Below are positions 52,561 to 64,000 of a stretch of 64,000 nt of DNA, one piece after another. Below the pieces are notes generated by a model. It did not search any database. It was not told the DNA's origin and saw only the letters and a program-made list of their open reading frames with translations. The stretch comes from Tubulanus polymorphus (lineage: Eukaryota; Animalia; Nemertea). The translations under genes and the position numbers were made by a program. The DNA lies in the NCBI RefSeq assembly GCF_964204645.1, contig NC_134034.1, positions 10,118,962 through 10,182,961 of the forward strand. Direction: 5' to 3'. Each line of letters starts with the position of its first letter. Position 1 is the stretch's first letter.

Positions 52561-54476
52561 TGAACGTGTCTCTGGTCTGAGAGTGCCCCTATCGAACAGG
52601 CGTCTCGTGTATGCATAGCCCTACGGGGAGGGATCTCATATCCGATATCTGTGAAAGACGTCGAGTCCTTTTCATCAGATGTTTATGTGAACAGTTTCAC
52701 AATTTGCTATAAGAGCTTTGGGCCTTATAAGCATTCCTTTGCTTCATCGAGACCCTTTGTATATATTGAAACATGAGTATCTGAGGAACTTATAATCTTT
52801 ATATATCGTTTTGATATGATCTATATCTTTGTAATCTTGTTCGTACGCGCAATTGTGTAAATCAGAATATTACTATTATTATTATAATTAATATCATTAT
52901 CAATGAGCTTTGCCAGCGGTCGTGTTTGTGCAGTTTAATCAATGGATGATGATCATAAAAAGCCTTGAAATTTTTGATATGGTCTTTCAGGTCTCGACAT
53001 AAAGATTGGGCCCGCGAACTAAGCATATAAGTCTCGACCATGGACCGGCCCCGGGTACAATCGCTATATACTTTCGGGATCTGAGGGTACCCGGCCTCTG
53101 CGCTATGTTGACTATGGGACTGGGTCAACGAGATTTCTTAACTCTCAACTGTCGGAACCTGTGATATCTTTGCCCTTCTTCGGTCCATCTTACATCAAAA
53201 GATGTAAGCCATTCTTTATCAGTGATGTGTATTAAGATGACCAGAAGAGTTTTTCTCGTATAGTTTACGTGTCTAGACCGATGCCATTATTGATTTAAAG
53301 GCGCAATTCTTGCGTAATGAGTATTTGCACAAAACCGCCTGTTCCTTCCCACAATATATCCCCTCTTTCCGTCGACAGATTACAAACGGTCTCGCAAGAG
53401 CGAGCTAGACTCGGTCACAATTTCTCAGAAAACCGGAACAAAACAAATAGCTTACATTCTGCAGAATGTCACCGAGGATTAGCACGATTCTACGCGTTAT
53501 GCGCGACCGTTCTTTTTTTCTAGTTTACATATACGTATCTCTATATAGGTCACTCACTCGATCGGTTTACGGTTTAACCACTCGCCCCGTGTGTTTTTTT
53601 AAAGGTGATGCGCTGACGTCACAGCGCGCGACATATTGGACAACTATATCGCAAGCGGTTAGTTGACGTTTAAAATTGACTGACGATTGATAAAGCACTA
53701 TATCAGTGTTGTGGAGAGAATCCTACTATATCAACGGAAAATGATTTTAAGTCCACAAATGTTTTTAAAAATTCTAGTGGAGAAGTTCGGTTCTGTGTGT
53801 GTTGAACCAACCGTGGTGCTTTCCGATTTCCCTCAAGGTACGTTTTGATTTCTATCGCAGAAGATATTTTCAGATTTTCTTTTACGACACCCGCGTCGGC
53901 TCCAGTATAGTACACACACATTCTCAGATCACTATGGTATTTACGCGCTGTCGATCGTCGTTTCGTCAACGAGGCTTGATTTATCAAAATTGCAAATCGT
54001 CATGCGAAACGACGACTTGTGTATGTGTAATGATACGTCGAACCGGCGCGCGCAGCGCAGTGCGATCGACGGCGTGTCGTAAGTCAAGTTTTAATGGACC
54101 ACGGGCGACAAGAAATATTACCCGGTGTCAGGCGAAACGAGGACCGTGTCAGGCGGCAGTTTGTCATCAATCTCTATCGAAGCAGTGCAGACGACAGTGA
54201 GCTAAGATCGATAGATCAGCATCAGACGATCAGATAAACGCGTGAATTAGCCCGGTAGATGAATCCACCGAATTCGCAGAATGGATGTGCGAGATTTTGT
54301 AGATTGTGTGCTATATCAAGAAAAATGAATCATATTGATTATCATTATTATCATTATCATGATAATGAATTAGTTATTGTGGATGATGAATCAAGAAACA
54401 AAATCGAAAGTGAAATTCGACTCTCACGAGTTCATCGAGTTTCATACAATTTCCTATTGCTCCTGAATGAATGAGG

Positions 54477-54795
54477 AATCCTCGCTTGTCAGGGTTTGAT
54501 TGCCTCCTACCGAAGCTCACGTCAATGCAAACCCTGCCCGCAAACCTTTCATTTCTCTATTACATCACCCAAAATTTCTTGGGCGGACAGGTTAGCGGCC
54601 ACCAGTCTGTATATATATAGCCAATTAGATGCGTAGCGAATTTGCCGGTGAAACCAAATGCATCTCATTGGCTTAATCCATAGACTGGTGTCCGCTCAGC
54701 GGCAACTTGTCGACCAAGATTTCTTGATTTGCAGCAAGGGTTTGTGTTGGCGCGTGCTCGGCGGGCGGCAACCAAAACCCTGACAAGCGATGACG
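54477..54795. mobile_element. Foldback MITE family A, complete
   Basis: Inverted arms of about 140-155 bp around a spacer of about 25 bp; flanks GAATGAGG and GAATTGAGG resemble a TSD. Confidence 0.8.
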
Positions 54796-56216
54796 GAATT
54801 GAGGGGATGAACGCGTCAATTAGCTATGTGTACTAATGAATTTATAGTGAACAGTAAATATGCAAGGAAATGAAACAGCGGTGGATTATGAATAAAGAAA
54901 AGTTAAATCTGTGTCCACGAGTTCATCTTGCCTGAGTCAAGAGATGTCGTTTGTCAAGACATGTCACTAACTGAGTTCAAAACTTTCATAAAAATACCAC
55001 ACTGTTCTGCATTCATTTAAAACCTCAACTTTAGGAGGAGCACATTTGAACTTTGTTTTACGTTGCAAACTCAACTATAAAAATTACTCCTATTACTATT
55101 AAAGAGAAGAGGGATTGGAATGCGTGGATTTCCTCGAATTCTATTGAATTTACAATGAACAGTAGCTTTGCGAGATAATTAGAAAATCTAAATTGAAATT
55201 TGAGTCACTGGCCTATGTTGCAATGTCGTGACTTAAGTCCAAACGTGCTGTTCATTCTGAAGGCTTGACTAAATGTGTTTGATTGGCTATACAGAACTAG
55301 GTCCTAAAACAGAACTGTAAAACAGAAGTGTAAGCTATGGCTGTGCAGTTGGCTTCGGGAATCATCCATCAGGACTGCCCTTCTCGCGTTGGAGTGACGA
55401 CATGAGGATTGAATAGGCATCTTGAAATTCTCAAGGGTAATCTATCAGGCCAGGTAAATACCGCCTACTGACAGAGGAGAGAGGTTGAAGTGATATTTAA
55501 GTATTATCAGGCCCGGTTCACCTCTCCTCTTGGTCGATGCGAAGCGAGGTAAATGTCTAGATTTTTTATCCGGGATCCATCATTTAACGCGAACGAATCC
55601 GTCGCGGCCTTGAAAATTGAATACGGTAGCTGATTGAAGAATGAAATCTCACGAAGTGATTTAAATCGCGATCGTGTAGGTGCCAATTAGGTGAAGGTAG
55701 TTTCCGAATATTACGCGCCTTTCAGTCTGAACGTTGACGTAATGAACGAAGATGTTGTTACTAATGGAATTTCTATTCGATGGAACGAAAGCGGCGGAGA
55801 GTGCATTACGGGAGGGAGTGTCGGCTAGCGTGTGACGCGTTTTAAAAGTAAATTAGACGTCGCTTCTAAATGTCCTATGAAATCATATTAACCCCGAGCT
55901 GCGCGCGACTGTTACTTTTTCTCACGTTTATTCCAATCCCGTCTGATGCTTAGTTTTTTAATTTGTTTACGTACGCCTACGGACTTATGTAACAGTAAGA
56001 TATCCAATTGGATGAACTGAGGACCAGATCTGTTCGTTATAACCAGCAGCTTTTCATAGTTAGATTTTGTGATATTGCTTATTAGTTCTTTAGTTTCTTA
56101 AACAGAAATCTATGATTATATTATTTTCTGACTTGTTGAAAATATACTATATGTATTCTTCATGATGCGGACTATCGTGGTCTAAAAAAGATGAAAAAAG
56201 AATATATCACAGAAAT

Positions 56217-56495
56217 TCGTTACAACGAACTTCAGGGCACCGGAAAAATCTGTTCGTTATAACCGATAGTTCTATATACAACGTAACCTCGTTACAACGA
56301 ACTTAAGGGCACCGGAAAACCTGTTCGTTATAACCGATAGTTCTATGTACAACGGAACCTCGTTACAACGAACTTAAGGGCACCAGAAAATCTGTTCGCT
56401 ATAACTGATAGTTCTATATAAAGCGAAACCTCGTTACAACGAACTTAAGGGCACCAGAAAATCTGTTCGTTATAACAGATACAGTGAAACCTTGT
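56217..56495 (+). repeat. Tandem repeat of about 71 bp resembling a pogo/Tigger-type terminus; monomer at about 40603-40676
   Basis: AACCTCGTTACAACGAACTTAAGGGCACC..CTGTTCGTTATAAC about 4 times; TACAGTGAAACC at 56480. Confidence 0.75.
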
Positions 56496-56725
56496 TCCTT
56501 GCACTTGCGATACACGATTGATATATTAACTGGCTAGTGATTAGTCAACACGAACGAAGAAATTTCAATTTCCTGACGCAGCTCGGTACCGAGACGCGAG
56601 CTGGATAAAAAGAAACGATATCCAGCGATTCTTATGTATCATAATGATGAATGATAGAACATAATCAATCAAAGTATATCGCACGGGACTGTATCGTTTA
56701 CTGTAGCAGATTGAGTTATTCTTCA

Positions 56726-57030
56726 GAGGGAGAGGGAGAGGGAGAGGGAGAGGGAGAGGGAGAGGGAGAGGGAGAAGGAGAGGGAGAGAAAGAGGGGAGG
56801 GAGAGGGAGAGGGAGAGGGAGAGGGAGAGGGAGAGGGAGAGGGAGAGGCAGAGGCAGAGGCAGAGGCAGAGGCAGAGGCAGAGGCAGAGGCAGAGGCAGA
56901 GGCAGAGTCAGAGGCAGAAGGTGAGGCAGAGGGAGAGGGAGAGGGAGAGGGAGATGGAGGGGGAGAAGGAGAGGGGAGGGAGATGGAGAGGCAGAGGCAG
57001 AGGCAGGGGGAGGAGAGAGGGAGAAGGAGA
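56726..57030 (+). repeat. Compound (GAGGGA)n/(GAGGCA)n microsatellite; further purine or pyrimidine tracts at 45670-45920 and 58920-59330
   Basis: Direct inspection. Confidence 0.9.
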
Positions 57031-57792
57031 GCAGAAGGCCACGAAGATGACATACACGCGAATCGAGGGAAGAGAGATGCAGAAATGCGAGATGAGATAT
57101 GAGGGGAGGGGCGCAGGCGACATGAGATGCGTGATGGACAAACAGAAAGTGCAGGGATTAAAGACGGTGAAAGACGAATCGAGAGAGAGAGAGAGAGAGA
57201 GAGAGCGAACATTGCGTTAATGGGTAAATTGATGGAAAAACAAGTGGCGCGAGCAACGAAACAACAAATACGCTGTCAAAATCACTTTGCTCGATACACG
57301 CCGTGCGTTTCATAAACCGACATGATTCGATCTGTCGTCGTCAATATCTACTGCTTGAATGGTTGTGATTTTATCTCGCGCGCAGTATTCGCATCGTTAA
57401 AAATCAACATTCGTTCAGCGCGTGGATCGATGCCGAAAATACGGCGTGAAATTGATGTCAATCCCATGACTGAATCCCGGCTCGCTTCGATACGCATCCC
57501 CATTCTAAAAAAAAAAAATCAGTACGCGAGCTCATTTTGCCGACGTTCTTGAATTCAAAATTCCGTGGATGATTTGCAACGGCATATCAACAACAAGGGC
57601 CTATATAGAGGTCTTGTAGCCATGTGCTTTTTCCACGTTGTTGACAAACACAATCACATAAACCATAACAGGTTTCTTCTTCGCTCCATCTTGAATTTTG
57701 GTATTTGTTTTACTTTGTACGATTATTATAATTCAAAATGGAAAAATAAAATTATATTATATACAATACGTAATTTACATGACAGACTCTAA

Positions 57793-58480
57793 GTTTGTGA
57801 ATCCCCTGATTATCTTATGTTGTTTGTGAATCTCCTGATTATCTTTTGTTGTTTGTAAATCCCCTGATTATCTTTTGTTGTTTGTAAATCTCATGATTAT
57901 CTTTTGTTGTTTGTAAATCTCCTAATTATCTTTTGTTGTTTGTGAATCCCCTGATTATCTTTTGTTGTTTGTAAATCCCCTGATTATCTTTTGTTGTTTG
58001 TAAATCCCCTGATTATCTTTTGTTGTTTGTGAATCTCCTGATTATCTTTTGTTGTTTGTGAATCCCCTGATTATCTTTTGTCTTTTGTTGTTTGTAAATC
58101 CCCTGATTATCTTTTGTTGTCTGTGAATCTCCTGATTATCTTTTGTTGTTTGTGAATCTCCTGATTATCTTTTGTTGTTTGTGAATCTCCTGATTATCTT
58201 TTGTTGTTTGTGAATCTCCTAATTATCTTTTGTAGTTTGTGAATCCCCTGATTATCTTTTGTTGTTTGTGAATCTCCTGATTATCTTTTGTTGTTTGTGA
58301 ATCTCCTGATTATCTTTTGTTGTTTGTGAATCCCCTGATTATCTTTTGTTGTTTGTAAATCTCCTGATTATCTTTTGTTGTTTGTGAATCTCCTGATTAT
58401 CTTTTGTTGTTTGTGAATCTCCTGATTATCTTTTGTTGTTTGTGAATATCCTGATTATCTTTTGTTGTTTGTAAATCCCT
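57793..58480 (+). repeat. 29-bp minisatellite (TTTGTGAATCTCCTGATTATCTTTTGTTG), about 23 copies
   Basis: Direct inspection. Confidence 0.95.
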
Positions 58481-61300
58481 GGAGATAATATGCAATTTGA
58501 TAATTTCATACATATCTGAAGGAGATTGAAAATGTCGTAAATATAATTTGTTGATGTCATAGTGGCAGTTTGAGGAAGCAGCCATCTATATCTGGAAGAG
58601 GTGACCGCTGGAGGGGAAGGTGTAGAGTTGCTATAGTTATAGGGATAGGTTGAAAACTGAGTGGACTATAAAAAAACCGAGATAAAGCTACAAAGAAAGC
58701 GCCAGATGGTATAATTGAATACTTTTAGTGTTTATGGCATTTTGTCGCCTGTCGCTGCAGTGACCTTGCTCCCCATTGACCTGCAATATACAACTTGATT
58801 TGTGGTGATTGGCTCGATGTTCCTACGATATTGCACACGTTCATAAATCACCGAGGATCATCACCTAGAAAAATATCTGTCGTGTCGTTTGCAACTTGCT
58901 AAAGCACACTCCCTACTGTCCCACTCCCTTTCTCTCTCTTCTCTCCTCCCTCCTGTCTCCCTCCCTCCTCTCCCTCCATCTCCCTCTCTCTCTCTCTTTT
59001 CTCCTCCCTCTTGTCCCCTCCCTCCCGTCTCCCCCTCCTCTCCCTCCCTCTCCCTCTCTTCTCTCCTCCCTCCTGTCTCGCTTCCTCTCTCATCCCTTTT
59101 TTCTCTCTCCCTCTCCTTCTCCCTCTCCCTCTCCCTCTTCCTCTCTCACTCCTCCCATCTCCCTCCCTCCTGTTTCGCTTTCTCTACCTACCTCCTCCCT
59201 CCCCAACTCTCTCTATTCCTCACTCCTGCCTCCTCTCCTGTCTGATCCCTCCCGTCTCCCTCAAGTCCTCCCTAACTCCCTCGCTCCCTGTCTCCCTCGC
59301 CTCCTCCCTCCCAAACTGTTTCATTCCCCCTTTACTGCCTTTTCCACTCCCGTATCGTAGGTTCCAACCCGTTTCACTCGTCTACCCTTTCCCCGTGTTG
59401 CAGCCTCACGATTACTCCCTCTCCCCCCCCTCCCCGTGCTCCACAGCCATTCTCCCTTTCCTTCCGCATCCCTCTCGTTCATCTACCATCCATCATAAAT
59501 CGCAGCCTCTCGCATAAGGCTTAGATTTCTTTTATCAAAAAGACAAAAACGCGACTGTATTATTGATCACGATAGAAAGATCAGAAAGGAAGGGTAAGAT
59601 TTCTATTTGGAAAAAAACGAAACGACACGATTGTAATATTGACTACGATAAAAAAAAGTCTATTGTAAAGACGACAACAAAAGAGATTGCCAAAGATTAT
59701 CATTCATATTTCGTCAGCAGTCTGTCCCGCACTGGACAGGTGTGACAAGTGGAAACAAAACCACTCAAACCAAATGTTACGCATATTGTAAAAAGCTGTA
59801 TAACCACTGGCCAAGTAGACTATGGCTCCACTGGCCGAGTGGACTAGCACCCCTGGGCGAAGGGACTAGCACCACTGGCCGAGTGGAGTGGACCAGTTCT
59901 ATTGGTCTACAGGTCAGCACGCTTACTTACTGTGCTTACTTAATGAGACCCGGGTGCGATCCGGAATTAGAGGGCGTTAGAGGGCATTGTTACGCAAATG
60001 ACCAGTTGTATAATCACTGGCCAATAGTTCTTTTGGTCTACACCACACGCTGGCTTTCTAGGTTCGAGACCCAGGTTCGAACCCAGGTGAAACTTGATAT
60101 GAATCGCGTGAGTTGCGGTTGAAGGATTCGTCGACTGGTGCAGGCAGGATTGGAAACGATTGAAATGCGTGACATGAAACACGTGGTAATTTGCTTTGAA
60201 CGTGAGAATTCAAATATTATACGCACCACCTAATTGTCTTTTTTTACAGGAAACGTCGAATAATGCGTATAATGACGGTGAAAGTAGTGGGATGCATACT
60301 GAATAGTACTGGGGTATAGACTGGGTATCAAAGTAAAACTATCGTAAAACTATGTTTCCCATCAAACCAGTTTGTACAACTGTGATGAGTAATAAATATA
60401 TACTATAGCAACCCATAGGGAAAACATTTAACCTGGGTATCAAAGTTATCCATTGCGGTAAAACCTTTGATTTGGGCCCGGTTTGGGCCGCTACTATCAG
60501 GTTTACAGATTACGATATTCCGGAATGGGTAGAACATATTCTGGTAAATAGAGATTTCCGGAGAGAAATCCGCGGTGAGACCAATCGAAATCTATCAAAC
60601 TCTCTACCGGCCGCTTCTGTCAGGTTTACGGATGACGCTATTTCAGAATAGTTGGAGCACATTCTGATCGAAACGAACGCGCCAGAAGAGAATTCTGGAG
60701 TCGGTAGAGACCAATCAAAATCTGTCTGAGAAAATCTAAGGCATCTCCGTCTCGGGTTTACATTAATTGAGGATGAAAATATCGTGAATATCTATAATAT
60801 GATCTGCATCGATTTTGGCAACGATCCAGAACAAATATTCACAGACGAGACTCGTCTCAACAGCATCCAATTTCAGTATCCGTCCGTCGATTAGTGATTA
60901 CCGAACACGCAGCTCGATTGTTTGGTCGGCTCCGAGTTTGTAGCCGAGCTTTGATAAAAATATCCCGTTGTCTGTGTCCAATATTCGCCGATAGACGAGA
61001 CGTTTCTAATCGTATCGTCTGTCTTCAAAAAAAGCCGCCGATTTAGCTTTCTTCGATTCCACGTCCGCCGTCAAGTAAAGACGCTTATATACAGATCTAT
61101 CAGGTTTCTAAATGAGACAGCTCCGACCTCAGCAGAGTTCCACGTTTGAATGTGCGCAAGACGTGTGTTTGAGAGTGGGCTGAGTTTTTTCATTTCTCTT
61201 TTTTTTTACGTGATCCACGTTCCCCGACAACCCTCAACAATTAAATAGAATAGAGCGCACCTCAAAATCAATAAACATTTCTACGAGGACCGATGCAAAA

Positions 61301-61630
61301 TATCCTCCCCCGGAAGGGATTCGAACCTGGTGGCATCGAGATTGCCAAGGTACGAAAACTTGCTACACACTACACCGAGTGCGCAGCTACATGCGCAGCT
61401 TAGATGATGTCATTATAAGCCAATCAGATATACGGTTTTACTTAAGCCCGGGGTTTTCCGTTTGAATATTTCATCCTTGAAATTTACGTCAGCGAATATA
61501 CAACGAGTAATCTTATTGGTGCCGCAAGTTTTCGTGCGGCAAACCTACGCATGTACCTGCGCACTTGGGGTTCGTACCGTGGCCGAGTCTAGTGATGCCA
61601 TCAGGTTCGAATCCCAGCCGACGGAAGATG
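61301..61630 (+). mobile_element. MITE family B, both termini present
   Basis: TATCCTCCCCCGGAAGGGATTCGAACCTG...CAGGTTCGAATCCCAGCCGACGGAAGATG. Confidence 0.8.
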
Positions 61631-61898
61631 GTACAAAGCAGCATTTTCGATGGAGGGGAGATTATGAGATGATTTAGAAAGGAGAGGCTACAAACAAAAC
61701 GCCAAACATGTTTTTCTGTACATGTTTGTAAAGTGATGAAAATGTCAGTGCGGACACTGGTCGTCAATCAAACCAGCAACCAATTTATACATTCCGCTGA
61801 CAGCCATAAACCGCGTAATACCCACTAGGTAATCAAACACATCTCGATGGTGTTAATAGATTATTTTCTATCGTTCGGCGAAATCGACTGTGAAAAAC

Positions 61899-62264
61899 CT
61901 TCCTCGCTTACCAGGTTTTGATTGCCGACTGTTGAAGCTCACGCTAACACAAAACCTGGCTGCAAACCCCTCATTGGTCTATGAAAACCGCCAAAAATTT
62001 CTTGGGCGGACAGGTTCTCGCTCAGCGGCCACCAGTCTATATATCTAGTCAATCAGATTGAGTGGTATTTATAGAGTAAATGTCGTGCCGGTATAAACGT
62101 ACGTGATAGGCTAGATACATAGACTGGTGGGTGCTGAGCGGGAGCCCGTTCGCCCAAGAAATCTTGGGCGATGTAGTAATAGACCCATGAACGGTTTGCG
62201 GCCAGGATTTGTGTTAGCTTGGGCTCCAGCGGGCGGCAATCAAACCCTATGGCAAGCGAGGATG
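61899..62264. mobile_element. Foldback MITE family A, complete
   Basis: CTTCCTCGCTTACCAGG...GGCAAGCGAGGATG with inverted arms of about 160 bp; flanks GTGAAAAAC and (G)TGAAAAGA. Confidence 0.8.
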
Positions 62265-64000
62265 TGAAAAGATAATAACAAACCTTTCACGTACCGCCTC
62301 CGTCTCTCAAGAATCACCGAAAAGACGACGCATCAAATCGCATCGATCCCGCCGTGGCCCGCCGCCGCCGCACGAAATAATAACGATTGTCACCTCTTAA
62401 GCCGGCGCTACTTCCGGTTCGTATAATGAACGACGCAGACGACGGCGTTCGTTTTCGTTGATAGATGTAACCGTCAATAAGTGTCACGATTAACGTCAAC
62501 CCCACCAGACCATGTCATCATCATCCCCGTGATACCAGACTGTATATGGTAATGCGCTCGATGACCTTATCGTTGGCCATGTTTTAGAGAGATTGGTTGG
62601 CAGTGATTAGTATTCTATATAATGACAGTGACCGTTCTGGTCGTTGATTGCCGTGGTTCATCGCGCAGAGCGACCATTTAGATTTCCTCTCCTCCTACAC
62701 AGCGGTGTAGAAACGGCAGGGACGGATTTGATGGTTAGCTCCCACACAGCAATTCACATGTAAAATGGGTTCATTCTGAACCCCTCCCCTCATAGCTGTG
62801 GTGAAATCGAAGAAAATTATTTGTTGTTAACTCCCCAAACTCTTCGACGGGAAATCAGCAATCTAGACATAGAACGGGTTCATTGTGAAAACATGGTTGA
62901 TTTTACTGAACCCCACCCCTCACAGCTTTGGTGAACGAGCAGGCTGACAGAACAAGGGTTCTTGTTGAACCCTTCAACTCGCACTCGGTTATTCAAACCG
63001 TCTTCTCCCAGTTTTATAGCGACATTTTTATTTGGCGCAAGTGGTTTTTTAAGTCTTCATACTAAACAGTTGCATAATAATTCTAATCGAATATTCGAGC
63101 GAGGAATGCACACCAGAAAACGCCACGAGGCCGGCGACTAGAAATCCCCGGGCGCAATCCCTGGGACTATGCTATCTGTTATAGAGTCATTGGCACTGTT
63201 CTATCGTGTCAGAGAACTATATCATCGAACTCCCAGAAGACCTAAACAGCGATGATAATTCGTAGTAAATGTATACCATCGATATTTACGAGCGCAATTA
63301 GACGGGCGTCGCGTCGCTTCGCGCGCTCTCTCAGCAGCGTTATACGAAAAATAAATGTGGGATTCGAACCACCCGTCGCGTAGGCGAGCGATGGCGACCT
63401 TCAAACTTGTCGACAGCGTAATGATTTATCGCGCGCATCGATCATGCCGATATGCCAGTTTCTAAATGAATTCTTATTATTTATATCGAAATTGCATCAT
63501 CGGTTAAGGCTCATGGCGTAGTTTTATAATCCACTGCAGATCAATTACGCACAGCGTGGTAACCCCGCGATGATAACCTTGATAGTCATTAGTAGTGCGA
63601 AGGTCAATAATGATAATGACGTTATCGTAAGTGAGCTGAACTTGAATCTGAATTTGATTGCAATCAATGCTCAAAGATCGCAAAAGCGGAATAATGACGG
63701 CGTCTTCTTCGCCCCCGACCGAATTGAGGGTTCCCGGGGAACGTGGATCTCATTTATGGTAGCTCTACGCGGCGAGGAACGCTCAACTATCACGATTTTC
63801 ACCCGACTGAATTGAGGGTTCCCGGGGAACGTGGATCTCAGTGATGGTCGCTCTGTGTGTGGTGTGGAGCGCTCCATCGATCTTCACCCGACCGAATTGA
63901 GGGTTCTCGGGGAACGTGGACCGCGGATCCAGGAGGGGTTTCATAAAAATGATGATGTTAAACTGGCGACTAAAATTTCTAATGATTAGGGGCCTATGTT

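Noticed and set aside
52862-53220. Possible RTE-type LINE 3' end (RGR...DL...DRW followed by an AAT-rich tail on the minus strand)
   Set aside because: Motif match too weak to call without a profile search.
57793-58480. CRISPR-like regular 29-bp repeats (also the 40-bp and 36-40-bp arrays)
   Set aside because: Units are head-to-tail with no unique spacers, there are no cas genes, and the context is eukaryotic.

Overview
Eukaryotic genomic DNA from a non-vertebrate animal (inferred from the CpG-rich, MITE-dense background). There is one protein-coding gene: a four-exon, minus-strand rhodopsin-class neuropeptide GPCR of the kisspeptin-receptor (KISS1R/GPR54) type. Its CDS is join(complement(23087..23479, 13132..13267, 6521..6759, 5542..5907)), 377 aa, with all introns GT-AG. 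There are four tRNA genes: three identical tRNA-Arg(ACG), one of them intronic, and one tRNA-Gly(TCC). The rest is non-coding and full of small non-autonomous transposons (at least six MITE families), L2-type LINE 3' ends, Penelope-type hammerhead ribozyme motifs, minisatellites (several derived from MITE ends) and long microsatellites. Nearly all other ORFs in the track are artefacts. The most notable observations are: (i) an inverted pair of minimal hammerhead ribozymes; (ii) a group of CATCCTC-terminated foldback MITEs, including one nested insertion and one family with tRNA-like arms; (iii) a MITE carrying CTCF-like motifs that has been amplified into an array next to exon 1; (iv) a helically phased array of 8 CCAAT boxes; (v) a 23-bp motif shared upstream of tRNA-Arg genes. 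I cannot support a wholly new biological system from the sequence alone; these are candidates to test.
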